A stretch of 64,000 bases of DNA from Raillietiella orientalis. Taxonomy: Eukaryota. The notes under the pieces are model-generated. The model saw only the letters and a program-made list of their open reading frames with translations. It did no database searches and was not told where the DNA came from. Every line of letters starts with the position of its first letter. The stretch's first letter is position 1. Positions 1-13,741 of this stretch are shown piece by piece. Both the position numbers and the translations under genes were made by a program. The stretch is taken from contig JAYWIR010000005.1 in assembly GCA_036172245.1 (NCBI GenBank), forward strand, positions 2,728,001 to 2,792,000, in the 5' to 3' direction.

Positions 1-3000
1 CGACCAAGCCCAGTTTTTTACGCAGCTCGTCGGAAGAAATCGCGAGGAGTCCGGAGAAAGAAGTGGAGGGTGGGGGAAAGGGAGAGAGAAAATCCTACTC
101 ATCGTGAATTTTCTCTTGGGGGCCCGGGGCTACAAAGCAGGTCACCCCTGCAGGTGGGGTCCAAGGACGAATGCTCTTCACAAGACGAGGTGGAGGACAA
201 GACCATTGAGGCGTTCCTCTCGCTTCGCGTCTCCAGAGCTTAGGCAACCACGATGGCGGCTAGGGAGGACAGCTTGACAACCTTCTTCCCGGGGGAAGCC
301 GACATGCTGCTCCGGTCTCTTTGCGACGGTCTGCACCCTCGCCCCAGAGGAGGGGCGCACACGCCCTTCGCCCGCGAGAGAACGGGTCCGCGTCATCGCA
401 GGGCGGAGGAGTTCATCCTCTTCCGGCGGAAGAGGGCGCAGTGCAGTTCCCGCGAGGTCCTATTAACCCAATGCGCTGCCGGGCCCTGAGTCACCTCTTC
501 CTCTCGAGAACGGCACGCCTTCCTGGCAACCGGGCGTGCTCCCCCCTTTCACCGAAGCGCTCGCACTGCTGGGGTCCGGTTCGCCACCCCTCCTCCCCCT
601 CACCGAGTTCCCGAGGGATGCAAGTTCTGAGGGCTGAGGCGGGCGCGTTGGCGGTGGCCTCGTCCCGAGGAGCGCGCGCTCCCAGCGTGAGCTCTGCACC
701 TCCTGTGAAGTGGTGCGGCGGCGACCCACAGCCGACAAGTCGGTTCCGTAGGGTGATGGATTGGGCAGTTGGGCGTGTTTTCCAAAGGAACCGAGAATGG
801 AGGAGTCGCCTCGTTCCGGCTGCATCTCGAGACGGGAGGCAGTGCCCCCAGCTCTCGTGTCCCGCCACGACGACGTTCGGGACGAAGCGCGTGTTTGCTG
901 ACGTCATCGCCTGGAATCCGCTTGCCAGCAACCAGCAGCAGCAGCAACGCACAGGGAAGGGTGGGGGGTAGGGGGGAAAAGCTCCAAAATGCATTTTTAC
1001 CAGCAAGAAGAAAGAACAGGGAGCGCTCTAGCTCTAACAAGGTGGCTTACCTGCTTTGTTTCCAAGGAGACCGCTGGAGCCTTTCGCTCCACGTGGAGGT
1101 ACTTACTCGGTCCTTGTGCTCGCAGTCGACAACGAACGGAGTCACGCCAGACGGGAGGGGGAAAGGGGAAGGGGACCAGGGGAAGGGGTTGGAAGTGAGA
1201 AGGGGCGGGGGAGGAGGGCGTAAGGGAGAAAAACCACCGAAAGGGGGCACGCGTTTCAAAAAAGTCGCTGCTTCGTGCCAACGACAAGACTACCTGCGCC
1301 GGGAGCTGTGCCTCTGCGACGCCTCGTACCGGAGGCCTCTACCATTCCTCCTTCGGCGCACCCATCTGGGCAGAGATGCGGTTCCCTCCTTTCCCGGGCA
1401 AGAACCGACAGTGCCGAGGAACGCGCCTCACCGGTAGCAGGTCGAAGAGTAAACTTTCATAAGAATCCCTCTGGCGAAATGAACACCGGCGTACACACAC
1501 ACATCGTTACATAATGATCGGCGCTGCGATGCAGGCGCAAGCATAGTCCCGGCGGACCGCTCGTGCGCGCGGGCTGAACCGGCCTGCGGGTAACGGTGCG
1601 TCTGCGTACGTCCAGGGCTCGCGGGGTCCTAGAAAGCTTGACCTCTGCGTCGCGGAGCGCGCGCGGCGAGAAGCGGAAGGAAGCCTCGGCTGTTGCAGCA
1701 GGCAGGCAGGGCCACCTTTTTGATTTCCTTCCGGCTGCTCAGGACCCGCTGCCTTCTCCGCTCGCGGGAATTTTTCCCGGACTGTCCCCCGGGCAACCGG
1801 TTGTTCCTCCCCGTCGCTGCTCCTCGGAAGGTGCATCACGTTTTCCGGAAAAAGCATGGATTCCTTCCCTGACAGCTAGGAGGTTTATTCGGAGACCGAG
1901 CTATATTTCACGAACTTCCCGGTCACAAGATGACATCTGTAATTGCCGCACGTTGCGTATCGAAAAATGATATCCCAATCCAATGACCCATAACCTGTGA
2001 CCTTTGCGGGGAAAAAAAAAAAAATACTGAGTTTTCCATTCCCCATTGCTGTAAACTTAATTATGCAATTAATTGGGATGCACCGTCGTTCGAAACGACG
2101 CGCATTTGTGGAGCGCTCAAGCTGCACGCGCGCGTCGCCGAGGCGATGCGCATTTGCAAAGTGGTTATCCTGATGGGCTTAAATCGCGGTAATGATGATA
2201 CGAATTTATGGGGCGGTCCACTGAAACAATCCTAACACAGACTCTCCAGAGTTCACGTTCTTCCGATGGATTTTTAAATCTCCGGCAATTAGCGCGTCTC
2301 AGCAGCTCCAGGTCGACCAGCATCCGCAAGAAGACAGTCCACGGAGAAGGCTTGAGGGTTTTCCCGCAAAACGGATTTCTGCCGACTTGGGTCGTCAAGC
2401 AGGCGGTACTTTTCGTCAGGAAGTTGATCTTCTCAAGTTTTTTTTTTTTAATATGCCGACATGCGTGAAGGACGAATCGGTTCTTCCGCGCGCGCATCGA
2501 CGCGTCTACCTAACGAAGCGTTTCACGTTGTGCGGACGCCGCCTTTGTCCGCACGGATGCATCCGTCGCCTGCTCTGCAGTTCCGGTTGCCCATTTCAGC
2601 TGGTGGCCACTTGGCAGAGGAGGAGCAGGGGGGGGGGGAGAGGAGGAGGCATCCAGAGCTCAAAGCCATCCTCCTTTTGTCCGCGATGGTTTCCCTTCCT
2701 GCTGATCACGGCGTGAAAAGACGGATCAGGCGGAAATTCGCAAGCGAGGGCTCCGAACGGGCAGCCCGGCTGCACGGAGCCGAAGAGAGTTCTCGTTCTC
2801 CACAAACAGGAATTTCAAAAATGGAAATTCGAACGAGACTTTCGATTTCAGATTCTGATAGATATTGATCGATTTGCTGATAGATGAAAAATATCTCCCC
2901 GAACACCGTCATTCCCGCCGAGATACCCGGAGAACATCCCCTCGGCCCTGTCCGAAGTTGATAGCCTTTGTGCTCCGAGATTGATGGCTTCCGAAGAAAG

Positions 3001-6000
3001 GAAAACGGCAATAAGAAATCTTTCAAAGATTGATAACCTCCTTTCAGGATCTTTCAGGAGTATCGATCAAACACGATTTTTGACAACCCTTTGACTCCAG
3101 AAGGTTTCAGCGACTGCGGACGTGTCTTTGGCTTGAGGCCGGCGCAGCTTCTCCTGGTTGCCTTCAGCGCACGCGTGCGGGACGCATCCAGCATCCATAA
3201 TGAGTGTGAAAGACAAAAGCGCGAAGGGAAAGCAGCGGGTTCGGACCTCCGGAAGACGGACGCAGTCGTTCTGGGGAGTCGCTCCTTTCCATTCTTCTCA
3301 AGCCTCTGCAGTCCACGCCAACATCCAGAATCCCGCTGTTATCCATCCGACAGCGTTCACGATGATCAGGTTCCAAGGGTCCGGTTCGCGCTGCTCTCAG
3401 CTGTCCAACCTTTCGAACCGCGGAGCAGCGAAGTCTCCACCTTAACAAAAAACACCCGGGATCCCACTCTTGGATTCCAGACCAGGTCTCGGAAAGAGAA
3501 GAGAGAAGAGGCGGAAAGCGAGGAGAGAGAGAGAGAGAGAGAGAAAACCACCCCTCATTTCTTTATGCAGTCCCGAATCCTCAAATGAAATATCTGGTTC
3601 ATCGTGAATGTGTCCGCTAGCGCGGCTGTTCACAAACCCGCAGTTACTCGTGATAAGCACTCTTCGGCACCACAACGGACCTTCTGCTTAAAGTCTTCTG
3701 CTGTGGCAAGCAAACCTTGAAGCGGCAGATAAGCGCGCAGCTAAGATCGATCCGGTGACAACGGAGCCCAGCACCGAGTGCAGAACCTTGGAAACCAGCC
3801 GGCACAAAAACGAAAAAACAAAAAAAACATGAAAAATAAAACCCCTGCGACCAGCCATTTTGTTTTCCAGAACCCGATCGCATGGCAACAAGAGTGAGAA
3901 TGCCCGGAATGTGATCCTGTCGTTTTGCAAAGTGGACTCGTAGACGGTGCGTCCGTGGGACCGAAGCAAGGCACCAAGGGCAGCAGAAGATGTTTGTTTC
4001 AGGTGCGAACCGCTCAAGCCTTCCATGGGGTCGGCGGCGAAGGTAAGAAGGGTTGGCCCGTTGGCAGAACGGAAGCAGTGCATCCCCTTGCCCTTTTTGC
4101 TTTCTGAATTTGAGTAGGAGGAGGCGGGGAGCCAGGAAGAAGAGAGAAGGAAAAAAAAAAAAAAAAAAGATGCGCAAAGTACCGCCACGGAGGCATCACG
4201 AGACGTCTGCAAGCACGGCGATGCGGGCCGCACCGGATCGTGGTTATGGAAAAGTGTCACTCGCCTCATTCCAAGCGCTGACCCACATTATCAGTGTGTG
4301 CGGAAAGTTCGGGTTGTCTGCACGTCGCGCATTCGCCTTCTGGGGGGCGAAGGGAGAAGGCGAGCCTTCTGGAAGGGGAACTCCGAGGGTGGTGCTTCAA
4401 CTACAGCCGGAGAAGGAAGAGCGCCCACGCGGAACGGAGTCCGCTTCCCGACTCGACGATGTCGGAGAGGAACGGAATTCCGGGGGGGGTTTTCCCCCGG
4501 GAGCAAGCGGCGTTTCGGAGGCGGCGGTCGTGTGCGCGAATCGCGATCGCGAACCAGCTGCCGCCTCACCACGGAAACCTGAAGGAGGAATCCTGAGCCA
4601 GAAGCAGAATCCCAAGCCACCAAGCGCACGAACTATTCGGTAAACACTCCACCTCGAAGCTACCGTCTGTCTGATATTCCCAAGATAAACACTCCGTCCA
4701 GACTTTTGTTTACTCCGCGGTACGCGCACCTGTCTCCTTGGAAACGGTGGAGCAGCGGCTGGCTGGACCCACTGTTGCGCGGAAATGCGCTTGAGGTGGA
4801 CTGCGAGGAAAGCGTGAATTTTCACAGCAACCTACTTGACAGCTTCGAATTCCTCGTAAGCAATTTCAGATGCAGTCAACAAAATGTGTGTGTGTGTGTG
4901 TTTTTTTTTGTAAGGTGAAGAATTTGAAGTATCCAGTCGCAATCCGATTCCTTCTTGAATTCCCTTCTGTGCTACGGAAGAGATCGAAAGAAAGAGAGAA
5001 AGAAAAAAATAAAAATAAAGAAAGCATTCAGGGCTTGAAATTCGATTTTGTCGTTTCAGCAGCTCATTGAAAGTTGACTCAGGCGCCATGGACATTAGCC
5101 ACCTCTTGATAGGCTCCTTAGAGGTCTGCACATACGGCTGATGCGCACGGTAATCTTCGACCCCCTCCTGCTTTCCTTCCCTTCCCCTGTTCGGACGAGC
5201 GAATCCAGAAATGAGAGTCCTTCTGTGCGTGGTGAGGAACGTGGTGGTTTTACAGCCTTTCGGCCTTCGAGGTCTCTTCTCAGCGCAACCGTTTCCACGC
5301 AACCGTTCCCGTCCGTATGGAGCTGGAGCTGACCCGCGATGCAGCGTGATCGCGGGAGCAGAGGGGAGTATTGCGACTCGGAGCGCGAAAAACCGTCATT
5401 CCCTTTAATTAGAGTCCTTCTTAAATTACCAAAAGAAAAAAAGAAAAACAGGAAACATCACACGGTGAACGATGCTGCACACGCACGTCCATGCATGCGC
5501 ACCAAGAACGCCACAAGATGTTGCGCATGCGCGCGCGCCTCCAATGCACAGGTCCGTTCGCTCGTCAGCAAGTCGGCAGTCGGGGACGGCGAGCGCGAAG
5601 CCGCGGAGCCGTCGCTCCGCGTCGAGGCGAGCATGCCGAGCGCGCGGGGAAATGCGTTCGGGGCTCGCCGGAGATCCTGCAGGACGCAGCGCAAAACCGT
5701 GCTTGGCATCGTCCTCAACCGGATGCAAGCTATCACGGGAGGAAAAAAAATTCCGGGAGCAGCCCCGGGTGACCCGACGGCAGCCCGGCTTACGTCCGCG
5801 GGAGGATCCTGGACCCGCAAAGCTCAGCGTCCGCAGCAGCAGGAACGGTTCCCCGAACCCTCTCCTCCCCGTCGAGCGGTCCGAAGCGGTGGACTTGGGA
5901 GGTGCCTCCGGGACCTGCCGGGTCCATTGCATCCGCATCAGGGCTCCCCGTCGAGCGCACGCACGCCTCCTCGTCAGAGGGAGAGCACGCCGGCACTTGG

Positions 6001-6951
6001 GAGGGGACACGGGAGGGTGCAGCAGACTCCTAACGGTCACGCGGAAGCCTCGCGGGAGGAAAGTGCCAACTCGTGCGGGGAGAGTAGAGCGAGGAAGGGA
6101 GAAAGGGGTCATCCGAAACCATGTTCACAAGTGACTGGATAGTTGAAGCAAGGAAACTTGCAAGTAAATGCAGTAGTGTGGATGAGCTCTAGACTACCCT
6201 CGCAGGCACTGAGCCGCGGGAACTCCCGTTCGAGGTGCATCCCTTTTCCCCGGCTCCTCGTGCGGCAGGCGCGCTCCCTTCGTTCGTAGTGGAGATCCTC
6301 GTGGTCGGTCGCACGTGGGGGCTACCTGCGCGGCAGGGAAGGAAAGCGGAGGGGGAAAGGGAAAACGAAGGGGAGAGATCTGTCCGCCTCCGACTGTCTC
6401 GTCCAATCACAGAAAGGAAGGATCTCTCGTCCTTTCTTCCTTTCTACATAAGTGTGCAGGGGGCTCAAGAGGGCATGGCTGCAGCTATGGAGCAATTCAT
6501 GCAGGAGAGTCGGTCCACGGAGTGCGGCTGAACCAAGTGCGAAGCCGACAGTCAGGTAGCTACAGGAGGAGGGAGGGGAGGAGGGGAGTCAGGGTGTTCT
6601 GACTTGGCAGCTGCAGGAACTCTTTGACCCCGCGGTCACGTGACGGTGCTCTCCGATTGTTGGCCCGAAGCTTTGAAGGGCCTCAGAGGGTCGGAACCAG
6701 TGCGGGAGTGGTACCTCCGGCGTCTCGGATGGGAGTGGGAAGCTGGTCTCTGGAAGATGAGTGCAGAGTCGGTCCATCACGACCATCTCAGGACCCCGCC
6801 TAACGTCAGAGGATCGACAGAGGCGCGGGCCGATGATGGATCGTGGCCGGGAGGGGGAGGGTTGCTGGATCACGTGGGCTCCACTTTGCGCGTAGGCCGG
6901 CCGAGCAAGAGTTCTCTTCCTGCGGCAGGGACTACTTTCCGGAGCACTCAC

Positions 6952-7205
6952 CGATGCACGTGCGGTGCAGGTGGACAGTGCTGTGAGACTTGGAACTCTT
7001 CCGCCGCTGCGCCACCCACTGCTCGGAGTAGTGCGTGCGAGGTCAAGGCCTGGAGCTGGGTCCCTTTGCCCGGATTTTTTTCACCTCTCTCAACGAGTGC
7101 AGAGTACCGCACAGGCTCCACCTTTGGTCGGAAGAGCTGGCTCGGACTGACAACGGTTACAGACAGATCATCATCCACATGTTGCCTCCGCGGCTTGCAA
7201 GAGAT
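6952..7205 (-). CDS. Possible internal exon of unknown product
   Basis: Long pyrimidine tract plus TTCAG acceptor, CG|GTGAGT donor, open in one frame (ORF 6948..7253); no recognisable domain. Confidence 0.3.
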
Positions 7206-7209
7206 CTGA

Positions 7210-7570
7210 ACACAGAGGAATAGAAGAGGCAGAGGCAAAGGAAGAGTAGGCATATAGAGACGAAGAGAAAGGAGGACACAGAGACTGGCAGAGAGAGAGA
7301 GACAGACTAGAAGGATACAAAGGCTAGAGGAAGACAGAGACGGAGGAAGACGGAGAATAGAAAGAAATAGAAGTGAAGATAGACAAAGAGTACAGGAAAG
7401 CAGAGACTAGGAAGGGACAGAGAGTGCAAGGAGACTCCAGTGGAGAGAAGTAGACTAGGAGACTGAAGCGCAGAGAGACAGAGACGGAGAACGAGAGATG
7501 GAGGGAGATGGAGGGATGGACGGAGATCCGAGATGGATATGACGGTAAGAGAAAGAGAAAGAGATGGTAA
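7210..7570. repeat. Degenerate (GA)-rich polypurine tract
   Basis: Predominantly A/G on the plus strand for ~360 bp. Confidence 0.85.
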
Positions 7571-9791
7571 GAGACCCAAACGTAGGCGTAAGGAGGCCAG
7601 AGTGCCGGAAGTAAAGTCGATTTGTCGGCAGGAAGGGATGGCGGGGCACGCCATTCAAGGCGGGGGGACGCAGCGCAACAGGCGGACAGGAAGGGAACCG
7701 TCGGCGGGCAAGGAAAGAGAAACCGAGCGGGCTGGGAGCAGCGGGTCGGAGCGACCTGCTGAGACACACCGTGAGTGTTCGCAACCAAGGCCGACGGCTG
7801 CTCCCACGAGCGGGGGAGGGAACCCCGGAGCGGGAAAGGGACTCCAGCCTCCGTCCTCGGGCTCTCCGGGAGCGAAAGAAGGAAGGAAAAGGCGGGAAGG
7901 GAGAGAGAAAGGTGCTCGAGGTTGTCGTGGGCCCCGCGTCTTTTCCCGTGCCCCCTCCTCTTCCTTCTCCTCGGAGTGCTAGTTTCCCAATCAAGGAGAG
8001 ATTTATGTTTTCTCCCGCTGCTCGGGCAGCGGGAGCTTTTAATGAGGCACCACGAAGGCACGCGTCTTCCAGGTGCCACGCACGGGGTTCGGCGGACAGC
8101 AGCAATGCCACGTTCTCCCGAGAGCAGGCGAGTCTCGCTCCTCGCCAGGCGCCCAGCAGCATCTCTCTTCTTCCTCCCCCCTCCCTCCCCTCCCGCTCCT
8201 TTCCGCCCCCACGAAAACCGCAAATTAAAGATCCGGCAGCGCTCGCGTGCTTGGATGCGGTTCCGCGCTGGACCGCTCTCCTCCGTGCCCATCCGAGATC
8301 GTCTCGCGCCGCCGATGCCGCCGCAGCAGCCTGCCCTTCCCCCCTTTCCCTTCCCGTTTTCGCAAATGACAGGTTCCGCGGGGGATGATTACAGCGCCGG
8401 GCTCCGCTTCGGAACGCATCCGCCGGCCGAGAGCTCCAGTCTTTTGCCGGGTCGCCTTCTGCCCCTCCCCCGCAGTTCCCTCCCACCCTTTTTCTTCTTC
8501 TTCTTCCTCCTCCTCCCCCTCCTCCTTCCTCTCCCCCTCCTTCCCTCCTGCCACTTCCCAAAATCAACTTCTCCTTCCCGCGTGGAAGCGCAGCCGCCGC
8601 CTACGCACTCTACGTCATTCTCGGGACGCACATCGGGCAGCCCCGCGAGCTCCCTCCTTCTGGATGGGGACGGTGGGATTTCCAAGGTCCTTCTCCCTCG
8701 CCTTTCCCCCTCCTCTGTCCCTGCCGGATCACGTGCTTTCGCCTGCGCGTCTCCTTCCTGGAGCGCGTCGGGGAGGGGCGGGAGGAGAAGTAAGCTGGCA
8801 GCCGCGGAGTCTAGCCCGGTGAGACGCGACACTGGCAACCGGTGAGCAACAAAGCCCCTCTCCCCGCATCCGTCGAGACGAGGGGAGCAGCGCGAGGAGG
8901 AGACGCAGATCACACCTCGGCAATCCCCCTCCGAGGGCCATCGCGCGGACGGACGGTCCCGACCCCGGGACGAGAGACTCTGCGAAGGGAGGGGGGGGGG
9001 AGAAGGGTGGCAGTCCTCCACGGGAAAGACCGGCGCACTGAGAGAGCCCTCGTGTCCACCTCGCGAGGAGCGAGCGGCGGGTCCCCGGGTTCGGATGGCC
9101 CACATCTCCTTCCTCTGGCACAGGAACCTCCTCTATTGGGGAGGAGCGGCCTGCAGCGGGTTCCCGTTAAGCCCGCGAGGTGACACGGGGAAGACGAGCT
9201 CCTCGAAGAGACGGCAGACGTCCCGTCGGCATCCCGACTCAAGGGATCCGGTGCTTGGAGCCGGAAAATCCTCGTTCTCTAGCCGCAACCCTCCAGGGAA
9301 AGGGAAAGTCCCGCAAACAAGCGGGATAAGCGCTCCCTCCCGGATCGTTTCCGAAGGGCACTTCAGGTGGAGTGAGGGGGGGGGGGCGGAAGGACCTCGT
9401 CCGCTTGCTTGAGGAGACTTTCCCTTTCCCGGGAGGAACGGGACGAGGAGGCCGGCCTGGGAGGATCTCCGAAGCTCCGGACCGCCCGTTTCTGCTCCTC
9501 CTAGCGCTGCATCCTTCCGGAAGAAGACCAGGGGGAAGGGACAGCGATCTCCGCGGGGGACCGGTCGAGTGCGAGGCGCCCTCCATGCGCATCCCCTGAG
9601 AGGAAGGGAGGCTGCGCGTGGCACCTTCCAGCGGGCGGGTGCTCCCAACGTGGGAGACGGCAGTCGGAGCGGCCGGGGGAGCCAGAAACAGATTTCTTCC
9701 TTCTGCTTGGGAAACGGGGGCGGCTGAAAAGAAAGGGAGCAGCGTCGTCGGCATCCAAAAGGCGGGAGGAAGGGGTGGGGGGACGGGTGCA

Positions 9792-10045
9792 TCCGACTTG
9801 CGTTCCAGCACGCCGGGCCAGGACCCCGGAGCCTCCAGCAATCTCCCTCCGACCGCCGCGAGCACGAGGGCATCCAGGAAAGGCGGAGAGGGTTGTCCAG
9901 AAACTCCCCAGTCACCGAAAGGACTCTTCCCGTTCCGAGAGCCTCCCTGCAAGCCGGTACGATGCGCGACGCTTTCCGTGGGCACCGCTATCCCGGGTAG
10001 GACACTCGGGGCTCGAGAGGCAGAGGGGGAAACCTGGCAGGGTGA
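9792..10045. repeat. GC-rich dispersed repeat, inverted partial copy
   Basis: GGACTCTTCCCGTTCCGAGAGCCTCCCTGCAAGCCGG (9921-9957) is the reverse complement, with one mismatch, of the start of the 10340 copy; the extension to 10045 matches 31600-31690. Confidence 0.85.
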
Positions 10046-10339
10046 AGCTCCAGGGAGCGAATGTCCAGGGCTGAGTGCTGCTCCGTGCCAGTCCGAGGGT
10101 CGCGTGCATCTCCCACCAGAGCGCTGCTGACTATCCTTCCCTGGACGGCGGGGGATGACTCGTCACGCGTGGCTCAGCTGGGAGCTGGTGCCGCCGCCTC
10201 GTCCTCAAAGGGCACTTCAGGCAGCGAATCGGCTTACCACGCCCCCCGGAAAAGCCTCGCGGCATCCCACTCGGAGTACCCCGTGGATCCGCTGTCCTCC
10301 CGCGTCCCTCGTGCCCGTGCGATGCGAGAGGAGCTCACG

Positions 10340-10728
10340 CCGGCTTGCAGGGAGGCTCTGGGAACGGGAAGAGTCCTCTCGGAGTCTGGGGGCAACCCAC
10401 TCCGTCTCCTCCTGGGCGTCCTCGGGCGTCGCAGTGGTCGAAGGGCACCAGCTGGAGGCTCTGGGGTGCCGGGCGTGGCGTCCCAGAACGAAAGCGTCGG
10501 ACGGGGCGCGACAAAGGGAGGAGGCGGAACGCAGGGAGGCGCAGCACCGTTGCGTTCGGCCGCCCGCCTGGTGTCTGCGCAGCTTTGGCAGGACGCTCGA
10601 AGGACTTGGCACCTCCTCCTCCTCCCGCAGGCGACGGTGCGCCCGGAGGCAGCAGCAGAGACGGGCCACGTTTCGGGCGGTAGCTTGCGGGGTCACGGGC
10701 CAGGGCGAGGAACCGCCAGCAAGTCTCC
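10340..10728. repeat. GC-rich dispersed repeat, direct copy of 31690-32072
   Basis: Shared strings such as CGCCCGCCTGGTGTCTGCGCAGCTTTGGCA and GACGCTCGAAGGACTTGGCACCTCCTCCTCCTCCC. Confidence 0.9.
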
Positions 10729-13707
10729 GACCAGCCAGACTGGTCGAGATCGCGTGGAATCTGCCCCACCGAACGCGAGTCGTGCGAATCCGAGTAGGGG
10801 AAGCGGAGGGGGGGGAGGTGGAGGGAACAGCTCATTCTCCCCCCTTCCCTCCCCCGGCGACCGACCGATCCGAGGACCAAACCGCCCGGGGGTGCGCGAA
10901 AGATTTTCATCGCGCTCATCCCGAGCCCGCGAGCGCTCGGCGCGTGAGCTCCCGTTCGTGATCCCGCACGTCACGGTTCCGCGCGCACACGAAGCTGCCG
11001 AGGGCGAAAGGTGGGGGCACGAGATTTCCCGGAGCATTGGAGCGCACGAGCACGCGTCGCTGCCGAGCTGACCGCCGCATGCGGCCTGCGGAGCGCGCTC
11101 CAAGAGAAGGCGGCAGGTGCCTTCCGGGAAGCTCGGCTCCCGCATCCGGGGGAGCGTCCTCTCGAGCGAGGGCAGCACCCTAGGCGCATCGCGGCGTTCT
11201 CGGCGATTACCCGGAACGCCTCCGCGCGCAACCTGCGGGACTCGCGTTCCTGCTCGCCCCCGAGGCGTCTGTCGATCGGCGCGCGCCCTGATTGCGGCGT
11301 CGCGGACCCATAGCCACAGAGGGCGCGTCTGGCGCCCTGGTAAAGAGGTCCTTTGCTCCTCGCCGCGTTCTTCCCCGGAAGGAAAAGTACCGCATGCAAG
11401 CGGACGGGATCCTTCCGGTCCTGAAGTTTCCTCCGGGAGCGACCCGGGACGGAGCGGTGAAGAAGCGGGTGAAGAGGGTCGCTTCGACAAGTCCTTCTGG
11501 GCGCGCCACCGGGAAACTTCCCAATGCCTCTCTCCTGCAGTTTTTCTGTGGCGCGCGCGTACGTGCGGGAGAGGGTCGGCAAAGGTCCTACTGCATCACC
11601 AAGGGAGCTCTCGAGAGGAGGAGGCGGAGGAGGGGGAGAGACGAGCCCTCCCGAGAGGACGGGCGAGCACATTCCAGCGGCGTGCATCCGGTCGGCTCGA
11701 GTTTGCTTCTCCAAGACCAAAGGTCGAGCGCGCCGGTCTCCGGGGTCCCTTCCCCTCCGCCGGCCGCGCCCGTGTCATTGGATCGCTCCTCTAGCCGCTC
11801 CTTCCCGCTTCCGCCGCCTGGAGCTGATCGGCACGTTCGGCGGCCGCCCTTCCCAGCGTCTCGGCTAGGACTTTCCCCCCAGTGTCAGTAGCGTCGAGCC
11901 CACCGTGCTCCGTCCTGAGGAGCAGGGCGGCTGCAGCCACTATGACGAGCGTTCGGGAGGGGAAGGAAAGAGGCATGGGATTCGCCGGGCTTGGGGGGAT
12001 GGGAGGGAGGGATCTCCTCCCCCCTTTCCTCTACCCCACGAGCGCTCGAGCGAGAGACGGGAGGGAGCGGTGTTGCGCGCGCGCACGAAACCGAGTGGAA
12101 CGCATGAGTGCGCGCACGCTCAAAGCCAATCGATTTCGGCAGTGTACACGAATTGTACCGAGCCAGCTGTACCCCTCCGGTGATTTCCCAGTGCGGGGCG
12201 GAAAAGCGTTCGGCCATGAAAAGGTGAGAGCAGTTCGTCCGTTCTCATGCGCGTGTTGCGCAGACGCGCACGTTCGAGTGACTCCTTCGTGAGCCATTGC
12301 TCAGAGACGGCGGTGCTCTTCAACCTCAGCAATGCAAAGGGGATCCGCGTGACGTCACCCGGGAGGAGTACTGAAGGAACTCCACGTTTTCTGACAGCGC
12401 GGTTGCCCTAGTTCTGGAGGAAAAGCACTTCGGGAGGGCGGGTGTGTTACGCGAAGGAAGGGGGGAGGGAGAGCGACGGCTCGAGCATCGGCCCCGAGAG
12501 CGGGTGAAGATTCCATTCTCCAGAAAACGGGAGCCTGAAGTAAAGCGAGCGTCCTCTGAGACTGAGAGCGCCACCTCGCAAATACCAGTCGGCTGCACGG
12601 AGCGGTCAGCGTGCACGCGCACGCGCACGCGCACACGTACGACGCACGGGTGCGTACGCGGAATGGCTGCTTCCGTAGGCAGGTACGTTATCTCTGGCAA
12701 CAGGCTTTCGTCCTTCTGGACCCGGGCGAGCACAGCGATGGCAGCAGGAGCCCTCCGTGCAGGTGCCCTGCGGGACTGGTTCAGTGGGCTTGACTCGAGT
12801 GGCCCTTCCTGCGGCGGTCACGGTCGCGTCGTCCCGCCCGCTATTCCTTCCCCACCTGGAAGGCAACCCATCTACCGAGGTGCACGGGACGCAGGCCACC
12901 TTGGGTCGTCCGGTGATCGCCTCTCTTCCAGACGGGGGTGGCCTTCCTTCCTTCCCTCGTGGGGGCAAAAGATTGCGCAGAAAGAGATGGAACCAGGGGA
13001 GGAGCAAGATGAGGGATCACTCCCTGTGCAGTTTCCTTCCTTATCCTCCTGGTATGCCCGGAGACCAAGGGTCTCCAGAGGAGGACCGAGGAGGAAAGTT
13101 CGATGCCCTCTGGGGAGAGCTTGTCGGATGCCCCGAGCAGGAAGAGATCCGCTGGCGCCAGCTCAGAAGCTGTGCGGGATCCTTCGTGCATTCTGGTTCT
13201 TGATCTTTTCCAGAGCAGGGAGTTCGGAGGCCCGTCGCCCAGGAGACTCCAGGATTTTGCACGCGGGGGTAAATGGCCTCATTTTCGGGGCTCAATGGGC
13301 AGTGGGGAGGAAAGGAGAGGCGCGTGGTTTCCTCGCTTCCCCGTTCCCGAGTCCCTCTGTGCACCCGGAGCTTCTATTCCTTCCTCTTCCCCCTCCAAAA
13401 AGGGCTGGAAGAGCCAGCAGCGTTCCGGAAGAGACGCCAGACAAGGAGACGGAAGCCCTAGGCGCAAGGCGAGGCGCACGCGGAAGTGCCGCCAGCGGAG
13501 GGGATGGAGCCCCTACTCAAGATGGCGGCGGGCAAAATCACACGGCCCGAGGACTTCCTGCCGGAGGGCAGCAAGAAGGAGTGAAAAAGCAAGGCGGCTG
13601 CCTCTGATCTAGGACTATCCTCGTCAGGTGGTGATCCACGTCACGTACCTCCTCGCTGCCCCCTATCTCCCAGCGTGAGTAAGCGTGGGCGACTGCCCCC
13701 ATCTGCC

Positions 13708-13741
13708 GGCGGTCGGCGTGGCCAGGCGGTCGGCGTGGCCA
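13708..13741. repeat. Exact 17-bp tandem duplication GGCGGTCGGCGTGGCCA x2
   Basis: Read directly from the sequence. Confidence 0.9.
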
